Shown here in pieces: positions 1 through 8,911 of a DNA stretch of 64,000 nt. Under the pieces are notes generated by a model. That model did no database searches and was not told where the DNA came from. It saw nothing but the letters and a program-made list of their open reading frames with translations. Position numbers and translations under genes: made by a program. Source of the DNA: Candidatus Magasanikiibacteriota bacterium (GTDB lineage Bacteria; Patescibacteriota; Patescibacteriia; Magasanikbacterales; UBA922); NCBI GenBank assembly GCA_003518365.1, contig DOYU01000019.1, positions 40,224 to 104,223 of the forward strand. The letters run 5' to 3'. Position 1 is the first letter of the stretch. Every line of letters begins with the position of its first letter.

Positions 1-2
1 TT

Positions 3-197
3 ATTTTTTATGTAGAACTTGGCAGTGTGATGGTACAAATCTTCGGTCGCTATCTCCTCGGGAGACGAATTTTCAAAATGGCACCACTCCATCATCATTT
101 TGAACTACGTGGATGGAGCGAAGAAAAAGTCGTTATGCGATTTTGGTTTATCCATATGGCGGTGGTGTTGCTGGGAATCTGGATAGCACTATTCTAG
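3..197 (+). CDS. mraY: phospho-N-acetylmuramoyl-pentapeptide transferase, C-terminal part (runs off window start)
   Basis: Frame 3 reads ...[27 protein letters not shown]...IALF*, the MraY HHH motif. Confidence 0.92.
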   Translation: MFYVELGSVMVQIFGRYLLGRRIFKMAPLHHHFELRGWSEEKVVMRFWFIHMAVVLLGIWIALF

Positions 198-200
198 CGA

Positions 201-260
201 TAAGCAGAGTAAGCAGAATAAGCAATAAGCTTACTCTGCTTACTCTGCCTATTCTGCTTA
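201..260. repeat. mirror array of 9-mer repeats (TAAGCAGAR, then its reverse complement)
   Basis: taagcagag taagcagaa taagcaa taagc / ttactctgc ttactctgc ctattctgc tta. Confidence 0.85.
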
Positions 261-267
261 CAAAGTT

Positions 268-1029
268 ATGAGCGACTATCTTGTTTGGGCTGAACAACGA
301 ATCACTGACTTCTCCGAAGCAAACATAACCGCAATGTATGATCGCGGTTTTGTTTGTGTGCGTCCTGAAAATGGATTGATGCAACAGACCAGAAGCATCC
401 GCATTGATCTGTCAAAATTTGAACTTTCGAGCGAAAACAAAAGAATTTTGCGAAAAACAGAAGACCTTGATCTTACAATACACACACTCCCCTATAAAAA
501 CTATACATGGGAAATAGGAAAAATGGGAAAAGATTTTTATGAACAAAAATTTGGTGATGGAACATTTTCTGCGAATAAAATAAAAGAATTGTTGACTGGA
601 AAGCGGGATGATTTTAATCGATTACTTTGTTATGTCATCCCGAACGAAGTGAGGGATCTTTCGGAGGAGACGTCTAGTGAATTAACACGAAACTCAAAAG
701 GTGTGAAGCTCTCGGCTTCGAAAGATCCTTCGACTTCGCTCCGCTCCGCTCAGGATGACAATGCCGTAGGCTACTGCATTGCCGTGGAAACACCCGAAAT
801 CCTACACTACAGCTACCCATTCTACATTCTGCATTCTACATACACCAATCTAGGAATGGGCATGATGCTTCGCGCGATTGCATATGCAAAAGAACAAAAC
901 AAAAAGTACATCTACCTCGGTTCGTTTCAACGTCCTGGAGATATATACAAATTGCAGTTTTCTGGCATGGTGTGGTTTGATGGAGAGGTGTGGAGAGATG
1001 ATTTGGAGGAATTGAAAAAATTAAACTAA
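268..1029 (+). CDS. arginyl-tRNA-protein transferase (ATE/Bpt)-like GNAT protein with an internal palindromic insert
   Basis: MYDRGF...RIDLSKF..S...KRILRK and C-terminal LGMGMML...KYIYLG...YKLQF resemble the ATE N and C domains. Confidence 0.65.
   Translation: MSDYLVWAEQRITDFSEANITAMYDRGFVCVRPENGLMQQTRSIRIDLSKFELSSENKRILRKTEDLDLTIHTLPYKNYTWEIGKMGKDFYEQKFGDGTFSANKIKELLTGKRDDFNRLLCYVIPNEVRDLSEETSSELTRNSKGVKLSASKDPSTSLRSAQDDNAVGYCIAVETPEILHYSYPFYILHSTYTNLGMGMMLRAIAYAKEQNKKYIYLGSFQRPGDIYKLQFSGMVWFDGEVWRDDLEELKKLN
633..760. repeat. miniature palindromic element (TGTCATCC...GGATGACA) inside a CDS
   Basis: tgtcatcccgaacgaagtgagggatct ... agatccttcgacttcgctccgctccgctcaggatgaca; related to 6797-6878. 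Confidence 0.8.
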
Positions 1030-1038
1030 ACATGTTTT

Positions 1039-1665
1039 ATGACTAAATATAAGATAGAAACAGATTTTATTTTTCAAAAGACTAAGAAAAAACTTTTTTC
1101 AAAAAAGAACCATTTTATTACTATTAAAAATAATCTTAAACAGAATGAATCCTATACAATAGGTATCAGAATAAAAAATTCAGGAAACAACACTTTACCT
1201 CAGGCTACAATCAAAAATTTAAAGATCCGACATTTAAGCATTGATTTATCACATCAAGAATTTGAGGATTATGATATGTGCATTAATAACCTAATTCCTG
1301 GAAAAACCGAAATTATTTGGTATCCGATGAAATTTGTCACTCTCATGAATGGTTTAATTTGGCTTAACGCGAAAATTGAACCAAAAAACATTTCCGAAGA
1401 GCAAATAACTACTTTCCAAATTGATTCTATAGGACAAGCAAAAAAATATGAAAATAATGAAATAGGGAGTGAACTTTACGTTATCTCTGAAGTAGAAAAA
1501 AAACAAACAATAACTAATTCTTTACTTTTACTACTAACAATAGTTACAACGATTCAGGCCGTATTTGGTTTCAAAAAAGTAATTTCATGGTTTTTTAGCT
1601 TAATACTCTTTTCCCTCGAAAAATTTTTATTGGCAATTCAACTTATTGCTAACTTAATAAAATGA
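1039..1665 (+). CDS. AT-rich hypothetical protein with C-terminal membrane segment
   Basis: 208-aa ORF with a hydrophobic C-terminus; stop overlaps the next start. Confidence 0.75.
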   Translation: MTKYKIETDFIFQKTKKKLFSKKNHFITIKNNLKQNESYTIGIRIKNSGNNTLPQATIKNLKIRHLSIDLSHQEFEDYDMCINNLIPGKTEIIWYPMKFVTLMNGLIWLNAKIEPKNISEEQITTFQIDSIGQAKKYENNEIGSELYVISEVEKKQTITNSLLLLLTIVTTIQAVFGFKKVISWFFSLILFSLEKFLLAIQLIANLIK

Positions 1666-3035
1666 AACACATCCACTTCATCGGCATCTGCGGCGTCGCC
1701 ATGTCAGCACTCGCTATCGCCTATAACAAACGCGGTTATAAAGTAACTGGATCTGACAAAGGCTTTTATCCACCTGTTTCTACAAATTTGCAAGAAGCTG
1801 GTATTGAGTTTTACCCAGGTTGGCATGTGGAAAAGATGACTGCTAAGGGTGATCCAGATGTTGTGATTGTCGGAAATGTCGCAGGATCGGAAAATCCAGA
1901 ATGGCAATACGTGCAAGAACACCAGATAGAATACCTCTCATATCCAGAAGCCATTGCAAAAGATTTTGTCCAAAAAAATTCTATTGTCTGCGCAGGCACC
2001 TACGGAAAATCCACAAGTGCTTCTATTCTGTCGTGGGTCCTCCTCGAAGCTGGCTTTGACCCAAGCTATATGTTTGGTGGCATCAGTCTCAATGATATTC
2101 CAGCAGCAACAATTGGCGACAGCGACTACTCTGTCCTCGAAGGCGATGAATACAAAAGTGCAAGATGGGACAACGGCGCAAAATTCTTCCATTACTCCCC
2201 TACTCATCTGCTTTTGACTTCTGTTGTTTGGGACCATGCAGATGTGTATCCGACAGAAAAAAGTTATGAAAACGCGTTTGAAAAACTCGTGAAAGGACTT
2301 CCAGAAAATGGACGACTTGTGGTTTCAGAAAAAGTACCCGAACAAATTGCCAAATTGCCAAATTGCCAAATTGTTACTTATGGAAAGGGCGAAAACAATG
2401 ATTATCGCTACGACGATGTAAAAACGACAAAAGAAGGGACATCATTCACCATTTACAACAATTCAAACACCTACAACATTTCAACATCAAGTCTAGGAGA
2501 CTACATGGCCGACAACATGACAGGATGTTTTGTCATGGCTCACCAACTTGGGATGAAACCAGAAAACATCATCAAACATCTGTCAACATATAAAAATATC
2601 AAGCGCCGACTCGAAAAAAGATTTGATGGTGATATCACTGTCTTTGACGACATTGCACACTCCCCTACCAAAGCAGAAAAAGTATTGGAAAGTATCCGAA
2701 AGTTATATGATGGAAAAATCTTCGTCGTCTTCGAGCCAAACACCGGCAATAGAAAACCAGCATCACTGCCCGGATACGACAATGCCTTTGTCAGCGCAGA
2801 TGAAGTCATCATCCCTCGCCTCTCACGTGTGAAAGTAGATGAAGAAGATCCAGACAAACCAATCTACGGCAAAGAACTTGCAAACGCGATTGCAAAAACG
2901 CACAGCAACGTTCACTTCATGCCAAACGATGATGAACTCGTCGAGTATCTGCTACAAGAAACAAAAAAAGGCGATGTTGTCGCCTTTCTCGGAAGTCATG
3001 GATTTCGTGGGATGATTTCGCAGCTGGTAAGCTAA
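1662..3035 (+). CDS. Mur ligase, Mpl/MurC family (UDP-MurNAc:peptide ligase)
   Basis: HIHFIGICGVAMSALA, GSDKGFYPPVST (Mpl-like), GTYGKST P-loop, EGDEY, DHAD, DDIAHSP. Confidence 0.9.
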   Translation: MKHIHFIGICGVAMSALAIAYNKRGYKVTGSDKGFYPPVSTNLQEAGIEFYPGWHVEKMTAKGDPDVVIVGNVAGSENPEWQYVQEHQIEYLSYPEAIAKDFVQKNSIVCAGTYGKSTSASILSWVLLEAGFDPSYMFGGISLNDIPAATIGDSDYSVLEGDEYKSARWDNGAKFFHYSPTHLLLTSVVWDHADVYPTEKSYENAFEKLVKGLPENGRLVVSEKVPEQIAKLPNCQIVTYGKGENNDYRYDDVKTTKEGTSFTIYNNSNTYNISTSSLGDYMADNMTGCFVMAHQLGMKPENIIKHLSTYKNIKRRLEKRFDGDITVFDDIAHSPTKAEKVLESIRKLYDGKIFVVFEPNTGNRKPASLPGYDNAFVSADEVIIPRLSRVKVDEEDPDKPIYGKELANAIAKTHSNVHFMPNDDELVEYLLQETKKGDVVAFLGSHGFRGMISQLVS

Positions 3036-3074
3036 TAAGCAGTAAGCAGAATAAGCAAATAAGCGATAAGCAAA
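3028..3074. repeat. tandem TAAGC-core repeats, same family as 201-260
   Basis: taagc taa taagcag taagcagaa taagcaaa taagcga taagcaaa. Confidence 0.8.
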
Positions 3075-3082
3075 CTTAGACC

Positions 3083-3195
3083 GTTCCTTCTCCTTGTAGG
3101 AGAAGGACAGGATGAGGTCTCAACCGTTCATAATTTAGATATGCTTTGCAAGTGCTGAGACCTCTCTCTGTCTCTCTCCTAACAGGAGAGAGAAC
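3083..3195. repeat. miniature inverted-repeat element (CTCC..GGAG hairpin family)
   Basis: gttccttctccttgtaggagaaggacaggatgaggtctca ... tgagacctctctctgtctctctcctaacaggagagagaac. Confidence 0.75.
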
Positions 3196-3212
3196 GTACT
3201 AACAAGCTCGTC

Positions 3213-3377
3213 CTATTTCCCCTCCTCTACAATTTCTGCTTCAAGATGCTCTTCCTCCATCTTCGTCACTTCTAGCGTAATGCCACACATCTGACATTCT
3301 ACGACATGTCCAACAGCAAGATCAGGATATGAAGAAAGGTCGACATCGTTTTTGCATTCAATACAGGTAAGCATCAT
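3213..3377 (-). CDS. LysW-like small acidic zinc-ribbon protein (54 aa; not in the ORF track)
   Basis: MMLTCIECKNDVDLSSYPDLAVGHVVECQMCGITLEVTKMEEEHLEAEIVEEGK*: CxxC...GxxVxCxxCGxxLEV as in LysW. Confidence 0.8.
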   Translation of the reverse strand: MMLTCIECKNDVDLSSYPDLAVGHVVECQMCGITLEVTKMEEEHLEAEIVEEGK

Positions 3378-3454
3378 ACAATAGTTGCGTTAAGAGCTCA
3401 ATGAATGATAGGATAGCAGATGTTCAACGATTTGGCAACATAGCATATTTCCCC

Positions 3455-4363
3455 ATGAAGACGCCACAGCAATCAAATCCAAACCTTGCAAAGGCACTCG
3501 GCACACCGAGCGTATTTTTGAAACGCGAAGACGAGCATCCATACGGATCACACAAAGGACGTTCTATCCCTCACATGATGAAAACGTATGTGAAGCGTGA
3601 TGGAATTCGTGATTTTGTCATTTCAAGCTCTGGCAATGCGGCACTTGCTGCCATCCGCATGGCAGTAAAGCATAATCAGAATAATCCTGAAAAACAAATT
3701 ACATTGCGAGTGTTTGTAGGAAATAATATCGATGAAAAAAAATTGCAAAAACTGCATTTTGAAATCAGTACTCAGACATCTGACATCAGTATTGAACAAG
3801 TTGAAAGACCAAAGCAAGAAGCATTCAAACTTGATAAAGAAGGAACCGCGAAATCGCTCCGACAATCCACCGATGACCTCGCACTTGAAGGATATCACGA
3901 ACTTGCGTATGAACTCATGAAAATTCCAGATCTCAAAGCAGTCTTCATTCCTACTTCTTCTGGAACCACAGCTCAAGCTCTTGCAGAAGTATTTGCAAAA
4001 GAACAACCGTTCACACAAGTTCATATCGTACAAACAACAGCGTGTCACCCACTTGCTGAAGCCCTGGGTGCCACGTCTCTCCCCCTTACCAAGGGGGAGA
4101 ACAAGAGGGGGTCTATCGCCGGAGCGATCGTCGACAACGTCGCTCTTCGCAAATCAGCAGTTGTTGAAAGTATTACAAAAACACATGGCAACGGATGGAT
4201 CGTGACAGACGAAGACATCACCTCCGCACAACAAATAACACAACAAACAACGGGCATTTCTATTTCACCAAATAGTGCACTCGCTGTTGCAGGATTGAAA
4301 AAGGCAATTGATACGGGAACAACGTTTGAAGGTGCTGTTGCATGTGTGATTACAGGTGCATAA
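3455..4363 (+). CDS. PLP-dependent fold type II enzyme (threonine synthase-like)
   Basis: LKRED.HPYGSHKGR, SSSGNAA, PTSSGTT, final CVITG; start taken at MKTP. Confidence 0.85.
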   Translation: MKTPQQSNPNLAKALGTPSVFLKREDEHPYGSHKGRSIPHMMKTYVKRDGIRDFVISSSGNAALAAIRMAVKHNQNNPEKQITLRVFVGNNIDEKKLQKLHFEISTQTSDISIEQVERPKQEAFKLDKEGTAKSLRQSTDDLALEGYHELAYELMKIPDLKAVFIPTSSGTTAQALAEVFAKEQPFTQVHIVQTTACHPLAEALGATSLPLTKGENKRGSIAGAIVDNVALRKSAVVESITKTHGNGWIVTDEDITSAQQITQQTTGISISPNSALAVAGLKKAIDTGTTFEGAVACVITGA

Positions 4364-4402
4364 CTTACAATATACTTTGGGTGAGTCAAAAAGGAGGTTC
4401 AC

Positions 4403-4627
4403 GTGAATCAGGTACATACGTGCCCGAAACATCGTGGCACTCTGGTAACTCCGACAGATACAACATGTCACAATCATGCTGGATCACTTCAGCAACGATT
4501 CCATAACATGCACTGTCGTCACCTACATTGCCCATACGCGCTGAAAAGCGCGGAAAGGCACATAGACGTCCCCACGCACGAGCCAAGAAATTGGCTGGAG
4601 CGTGTGCTCAAATTTCTGAGCAGCTAA
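4403..4627 (+). CDS. orphan His/Cys-rich small protein (cassette J)
   Basis: AGGAGG SD before GTG, TATACT upstream, hairpin plus terminator downstream. Confidence 0.6.
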   Translation: MNQVHTCPKHRGTLVTPTDTTCHNHAGSLQQRFHNMHCRHLHCPYALKSAERHIDVPTHEPRNWLERVLKFLSS

Positions 4628-4671
4628 ACAACGGGTTTCGTTCATCGAAGCCCTCACCCAAAGTATATGGT

Positions 4672-4705
4672 AAAAAACGTTCGAGACATCTCGAGCGTTT
4701 TTTTT
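4672..4705. terminator. bidirectional intrinsic terminator
   Basis: aaaaaacgttcgaga-ca-tctcgagcgtttttttt. Confidence 0.75.
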
Positions 4706-4747
4706 ATTTCCTAGTTTCAGGTTCCCAGCTACCAGTCCCAAATTATT

Positions 4748-5896
4748 TCACCACCAAATCAATCCCCTCACTACAATCCAATAATAGACTTCCATCACAG
4801 GATTTCCAACATACAAGACCAATGGATGTTCTGTTTCTTTTTCTTGAAAAAATATTCCCCGAGCAACGTTATGCAAAAATTCCCTATCAGTAATTTTTCT
4901 TGTTTTCTGAATCTTCAATCGCTTGTTCCACCACAGTTGCCAATGTTCTTTTTTACACCAATACTGATACACCTTTTTCTTTTCACCAGCCCACCCACCT
5001 TTTATCGCAAAGAGCCAGAGACCGAGCTCCAGTAGGACAAGGATAGGAAGTAAAAGCAGTAATGTAGGAATGCGATAATATAACAAAAGCAATGCATACC
5101 TATTTCTCTCCATCCAAAAATATTTTGATATGCTTTTACTAAATTGATATTTGTGAAAAAATTCTGCATCCTTTATCAGCACAGTTCTGTACTGTTGCAT
5201 TTTTAATCGTAATGAATAGTCTGTATCTTCGTGATAGAGAAAATAATCTTCATCCCATAACCCGTATTCTTTTAGCAAATCCGTTCTGAGCATCGTACCA
5301 GCGCCACTAAGATATCCAACGTCAGCAACGGCAGGAACATCTACGGTTTCTTTTTTCCAGCGGTAGTAATTGCCATATCCAAAGCCGAGGTAATGAAACG
5401 CATTTCCAGCAGTATTTACCAAATCCGTCTCAGGATGGAGTAAAATCATTGGCTGGCTAGCACCAATTTTTTTATCAGCTTCCATTGCATCAACCATTTT
5501 TTCAATACAATTCTCTCCGAGGTATGCATCACCGTTGTGCAGGAACACATAGTCATATCCATTGTCTATCGCCCACTGCATACCCAGATTATTTCCACCA
5601 GAAAATCCCAAATTTTCTTTTTGTGGGAGGAATGTTGTATGAGGCAACTTGTCCGCGTGTTTTGCCAACGTTTCTTCAATGTACGGCACCGCAGATACAT
5701 GCTCTGGTCGATGCGTATTGTATACGAGCAAAAATTCAATAGCATTTTTTGGATATGTTTGCGAGACAACACCAGCAATAGCATCTTCGAGATACTGCTG
5801 AGGCTCCTGATCCCAGAGGAGATACATGATGACGACTTTATTCCGAGCAGAACGAAGCAGCGGCGAGGAATCTGTTGTATGCGTATCGTTCATCAT
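4748..5896 (-). CDS. glycosyltransferase family 2
   Basis: ENLGFSGGNNLG, FLHNGDA, DEDYFLYHEDTDYSLR. Confidence 0.9.
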   Translation of the reverse strand: MMNDTHTTDSSPLLRSARNKVVIMYLLWDQEPQQYLEDAIAGVVSQTYPKNAIEFLLVYNTHRPEHVSAVPYIEETLAKHADKLPHTTFLPQKENLGFSGGNNLGMQWAIDNGYDYVFLHNGDAYLGENCIEKMVDAMEADKKIGASQPMILLHPETDLVNTAGNAFHYLGFGYGNYYRWKKETVDVPAVADVGYLSGAGTMLRTDLLKEYGLWDEDYFLYHEDTDYSLRLKMQQYRTVLIKDAEFFHKYQFSKSISKYFWMERNRYALLLLYYRIPTLLLLLPILVLLELGLWLFAIKGGWAGEKKKVYQYWCKKEHWQLWWNKRLKIQKTRKITDREFLHNVARGIFFQEKETEHPLVLYVGNPVMEVYYWIVVRGLIWW

Positions 5897-5948
5897 AGTT
5901 CGTATCTTCGTAAAATTTCGTAGTTCGTACTCTTGCGTACGTTCGAGG

Positions 5949-6773
5949 TTAATAATAAAATCTACTATTCCCTCGCCATTTCAAAAAATACTTGAGCCAA
6001 CTCTTGATATGCTGTCGTGCATATTTGTTTTTCAGTAAAGCATTCACAATACCAGGTACTTTTGCAGAAGCACGCTTATGCACATGAGAAAGTGAAATAT
6101 CGTGCACATAATATACTGGCCAATGTTCTTCCCACATGCGTCGACACCAATCTGAGTCTTCTGCATACATCCAAAAGCGTTCATCAAAGACACCCACAGC
6201 ATCAATCGCTTGTTTTCGTACAAACATAGCTGACCCCATAATCCAATCAACTGGCTGTGTCTTATCATGATCAAAATCTTTCATCAGAAAATTGTCTGCA
6301 ATTTTTTTTCCCTTTCCTTTATTTCCTAGAGACGTTCTGCTATACACAGGTTGCAAAAAAGTTGGAAATCGATAGCACGAGTATTGCAATGTCCCATCCG
6401 GATAAAAAATCTTTGGTCCCATGATTCCCACCTTTGGGTGTGATTCCATATATGAAAAACATTTCTGCAAAAACCCTTGACCAGCGGGAAACGTAGTATC
6501 TGGATTGAGGACAAAATAATAGGTTGCGTCTACTGCTCCTATAGCTTTATTGTGAGACTTTCCAAATCCTTCATTTTTTTCCTGACGAAGTACGGTGATA
6601 TTGGAAAATTTTTCCTTTACTATAGGCTCAATATCTTCTGCAGAATGATTGTCAACGATCACCACAGCGACATCAAGCCCACTGTCTTTTGAATCAGCAA
6701 AAAGGGACGTAAGACATCGTACGATGTCTTCAGCCTCGTTTGTATTTACCATTGTGATACAAATATCGTGCAT
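5949..6773 (-). CDS. glycosyltransferase family 2 (rhamnosyltransferase-like)
   Basis: VDNHS, NEGFGKSHN, LNPDT, FDERFWMYAEDSDWCRR; start moved to MHDI because the upstream part translates a palindrome. Confidence 0.9.
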   Translation of the reverse strand: MHDICITMVNTNEAEDIVRCLTSLFADSKDSGLDVAVVIVDNHSAEDIEPIVKEKFSNITVLRQEKNEGFGKSHNKAIGAVDATYYFVLNPDTTFPAGQGFLQKCFSYMESHPKVGIMGPKIFYPDGTLQYSCYRFPTFLQPVYSRTSLGNKGKGKKIADNFLMKDFDHDKTQPVDWIMGSAMFVRKQAIDAVGVFDERFWMYAEDSDWCRRMWEEHWPVYYVHDISLSHVHKRASAKVPGIVNALLKNKYARQHIKSWLKYFLKWRGNSRFYY

Positions 6774-6796
6774 AGTATGATTATTCCAATCTTTAG

Positions 6797-6878
6797 TGTC
6801 ATCCTGAACTTGATTCAGGATCTGTACCACTTCAGACGTCCTCAATATGAAAGATTCTGAATCAAGTTCAGAATGACA
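6797..6878. repeat. miniature palindromic element (TGTCATCC family), intergenic
   Basis: tgtcatcctgaacttgattcaggatct ... agattctgaatcaagttcagaatgaca. Confidence 0.85.
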
Positions 6879-6886
6879 ATTTTCTT

Positions 6887-7981
6887 TCAAAACCAACGTC
6901 TCAACCCTTTCCAATACATTTTTCTACTCTTTACAATAGCCTTTCTCGCTCGTCGTGTATATCCCACATGTTTCAATATTTCAAACCAACCAAGGAAAAT
7001 CGTGCGCGGATCAGTAAACAAAATAAATCCAAATTTCTTTGCTTCGTACCAAAAAATGAATGGAAGATCACGCAACACATTTTGCCAGTATTCATTTTTA
7101 TACAGTGTCCGCAAATGATTTTTATATGAATGAAATCTGATATACGGTGATTGTCGACGCTTATTTTTTATTGCGGCAACATCGGTATGTTTTTTTGGTG
7201 CCGCACCGGTACGATCATGATACGCTACACTTTTCAGCAAGACATATGAGGTAAAGCCAGCATTACGCATGCGATATGCCAAATCAAGATCCTCTTTATA
7301 CGAACCATACGTAGGATCAAAAATGGCATCCTCTGGCAAGAGCAATGTATCAATCATTTTTTTCCGAAACATCGCAAGCGCACCAGACACACCAAACACT
7401 TCAACATACGTCTTCTCATATAATCTCTGCACATCCGTACTTGCACTTGCCTCTTCCCAAGTGTATTGCGCGAGCCATTCTACGGCACGTCTATTTCTAA
7501 AGAGTCTCACCCCAATCGCATCGATATCTCTTGTGTATCCAGCCTTTGCAGCGACGTCTCTCTCTTGTTGTTTTTTTGCTGATGCGTCTACTTGTGCGAA
7601 ATCCCATCTCATGAGCCGTGGCGCAACAGACGCAACATCTTTTTGTTCATCAAGAAAAGACACCATATCCGCAAACACGGTTGGTTCGAGATACATGTCA
7701 GGATTGAGCATGAGAAAATACGCAGCATCGGATACTCGATAGGCTTTATTATGCGCTTTTGCAAATCCTTCATTTGTGTCACTATGCAGGATGCGATAAG
7801 ATCTTCCCATTTCTTTTGCAAATCCTTCTGCAACAGAGATGACATCTCCATCAGCAGCATTATCAACAATCAGCAGTTCCCAATCTTGAAACGTCTGCTT
7901 TTTCAGAGAATCAAATAAATATGGAAGATACTTTGCTTCTCCCTTACTATAGAGCGCGAGACTTACGGTGAGTTTATTCAT
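6887..7981 (-). CDS. glycosyltransferase family 2
   Basis: IVDNA, NEGFAKAHN, LNPDM, YKEDLDLAYR. Confidence 0.9.
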   Translation of the reverse strand: MNKLTVSLALYSKGEAKYLPYLFDSLKKQTFQDWELLIVDNAADGDVISVAEGFAKEMGRSYRILHSDTNEGFAKAHNKAYRVSDAAYFLMLNPDMYLEPTVFADMVSFLDEQKDVASVAPRLMRWDFAQVDASAKKQQERDVAAKAGYTRDIDAIGVRLFRNRRAVEWLAQYTWEEASASTDVQRLYEKTYVEVFGVSGALAMFRKKMIDTLLLPEDAIFDPTYGSYKEDLDLAYRMRNAGFTSYVLLKSVAYHDRTGAAPKKHTDVAAIKNKRRQSPYIRFHSYKNHLRTLYKNEYWQNVLRDLPFIFWYEAKKFGFILFTDPRTIFLGWFEILKHVGYTRRARKAIVKSRKMYWKGLRRWF

Positions 7982-8063
7982 AAGATGAATACTGATATTC
8001 AGATAATCCAGATCCACGGATTGATATATCTGTAAATCTGGATTATCCGTATATCCGGATACG

Positions 8064-8909
8064 TTATACTTTACTATGTATCCACGTTAATACAATGCCT
8101 ACTGGTCGCGCAATTCTGAGCACAACAGCCTTCCAAGGGGCTTCCCACTTTGCAAAGTAGGCAATCATACTCTTGGTAAACCATTGTTGTTTTTGTACAC
8201 TGGGAAATCTTTTAAATGTCTGTCCGACGTAGTCCACGCAAGAAATAATCGGTGTATAGACTACACGAAATCCCATTTTTTTTACTTCTCGACAAATATC
8301 AACATCCTCAAACCAAATAAAATATCTTGGATCAAAGATCCACCCTAGTCTATCAGCAATGCTCTTTCGTAACAAGAGAAACGATCCTCGTACAGAATCA
8401 ACGTCTTGCTCCTTCTCAGGGTCAAACCCTTTGTACACATATCTATTCAACAATCCTGGAAATACATGAGAGAGCTTCAACACAATGGCAAGCTGATCAA
8501 GAAGTCCCGGAAATCTCCGCGGCAGTGCATCTTTTTGGATTGATCCGTCCTGTGCGACAAGCTTTGGACTTACGATACCAACGTCTTCATGCGATCGCAT
8601 CCAGTCTACAAGTACTTTCAAAGATCCAGGCTCAAGGCGCATGTCAGGATTGAGAAGCAAGATAAATTCCCCTGTTGCTTTTGCATGCCCAGCATTATTC
8701 GCGGCACCAAAGCCAATATTTTTTCCATTTTCTATCACAATTGCGTGTGGAAATTGTGTTCTTACTTTTTCAAGAGAACCATCTGTTGATCCATTATCTG
8801 AAATAATTTGTTCGTATGCAATGTTTACAGCAGCACGCTGAACAGACTCCATTTGTGGAAGCAATTTTTCTCCGTCATTTGTGTTTACTGTGATAATAGA
8901 TACATCCAT
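8064..8909 (-). CDS. glycosyltransferase family 2
   Basis: DNGSTDGS, NIGFGAANN, LNPDM, FDPRYFIWFEDVD. Confidence 0.9.
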   Translation of the reverse strand: MDVSIITVNTNDGEKLLPQMESVQRAAVNIAYEQIISDNGSTDGSLEKVRTQFPHAIVIENGKNIGFGAANNAGHAKATGEFILLLNPDMRLEPGSLKVLVDWMRSHEDVGIVSPKLVAQDGSIQKDALPRRFPGLLDQLAIVLKLSHVFPGLLNRYVYKGFDPEKEQDVDSVRGSFLLLRKSIADRLGWIFDPRYFIWFEDVDICREVKKMGFRVVYTPIISCVDYVGQTFKRFPSVQKQQWFTKSMIAYFAKWEAPWKAVVLRIARPVGIVLTWIHSKV

Positions 8910-8911
8910 AC

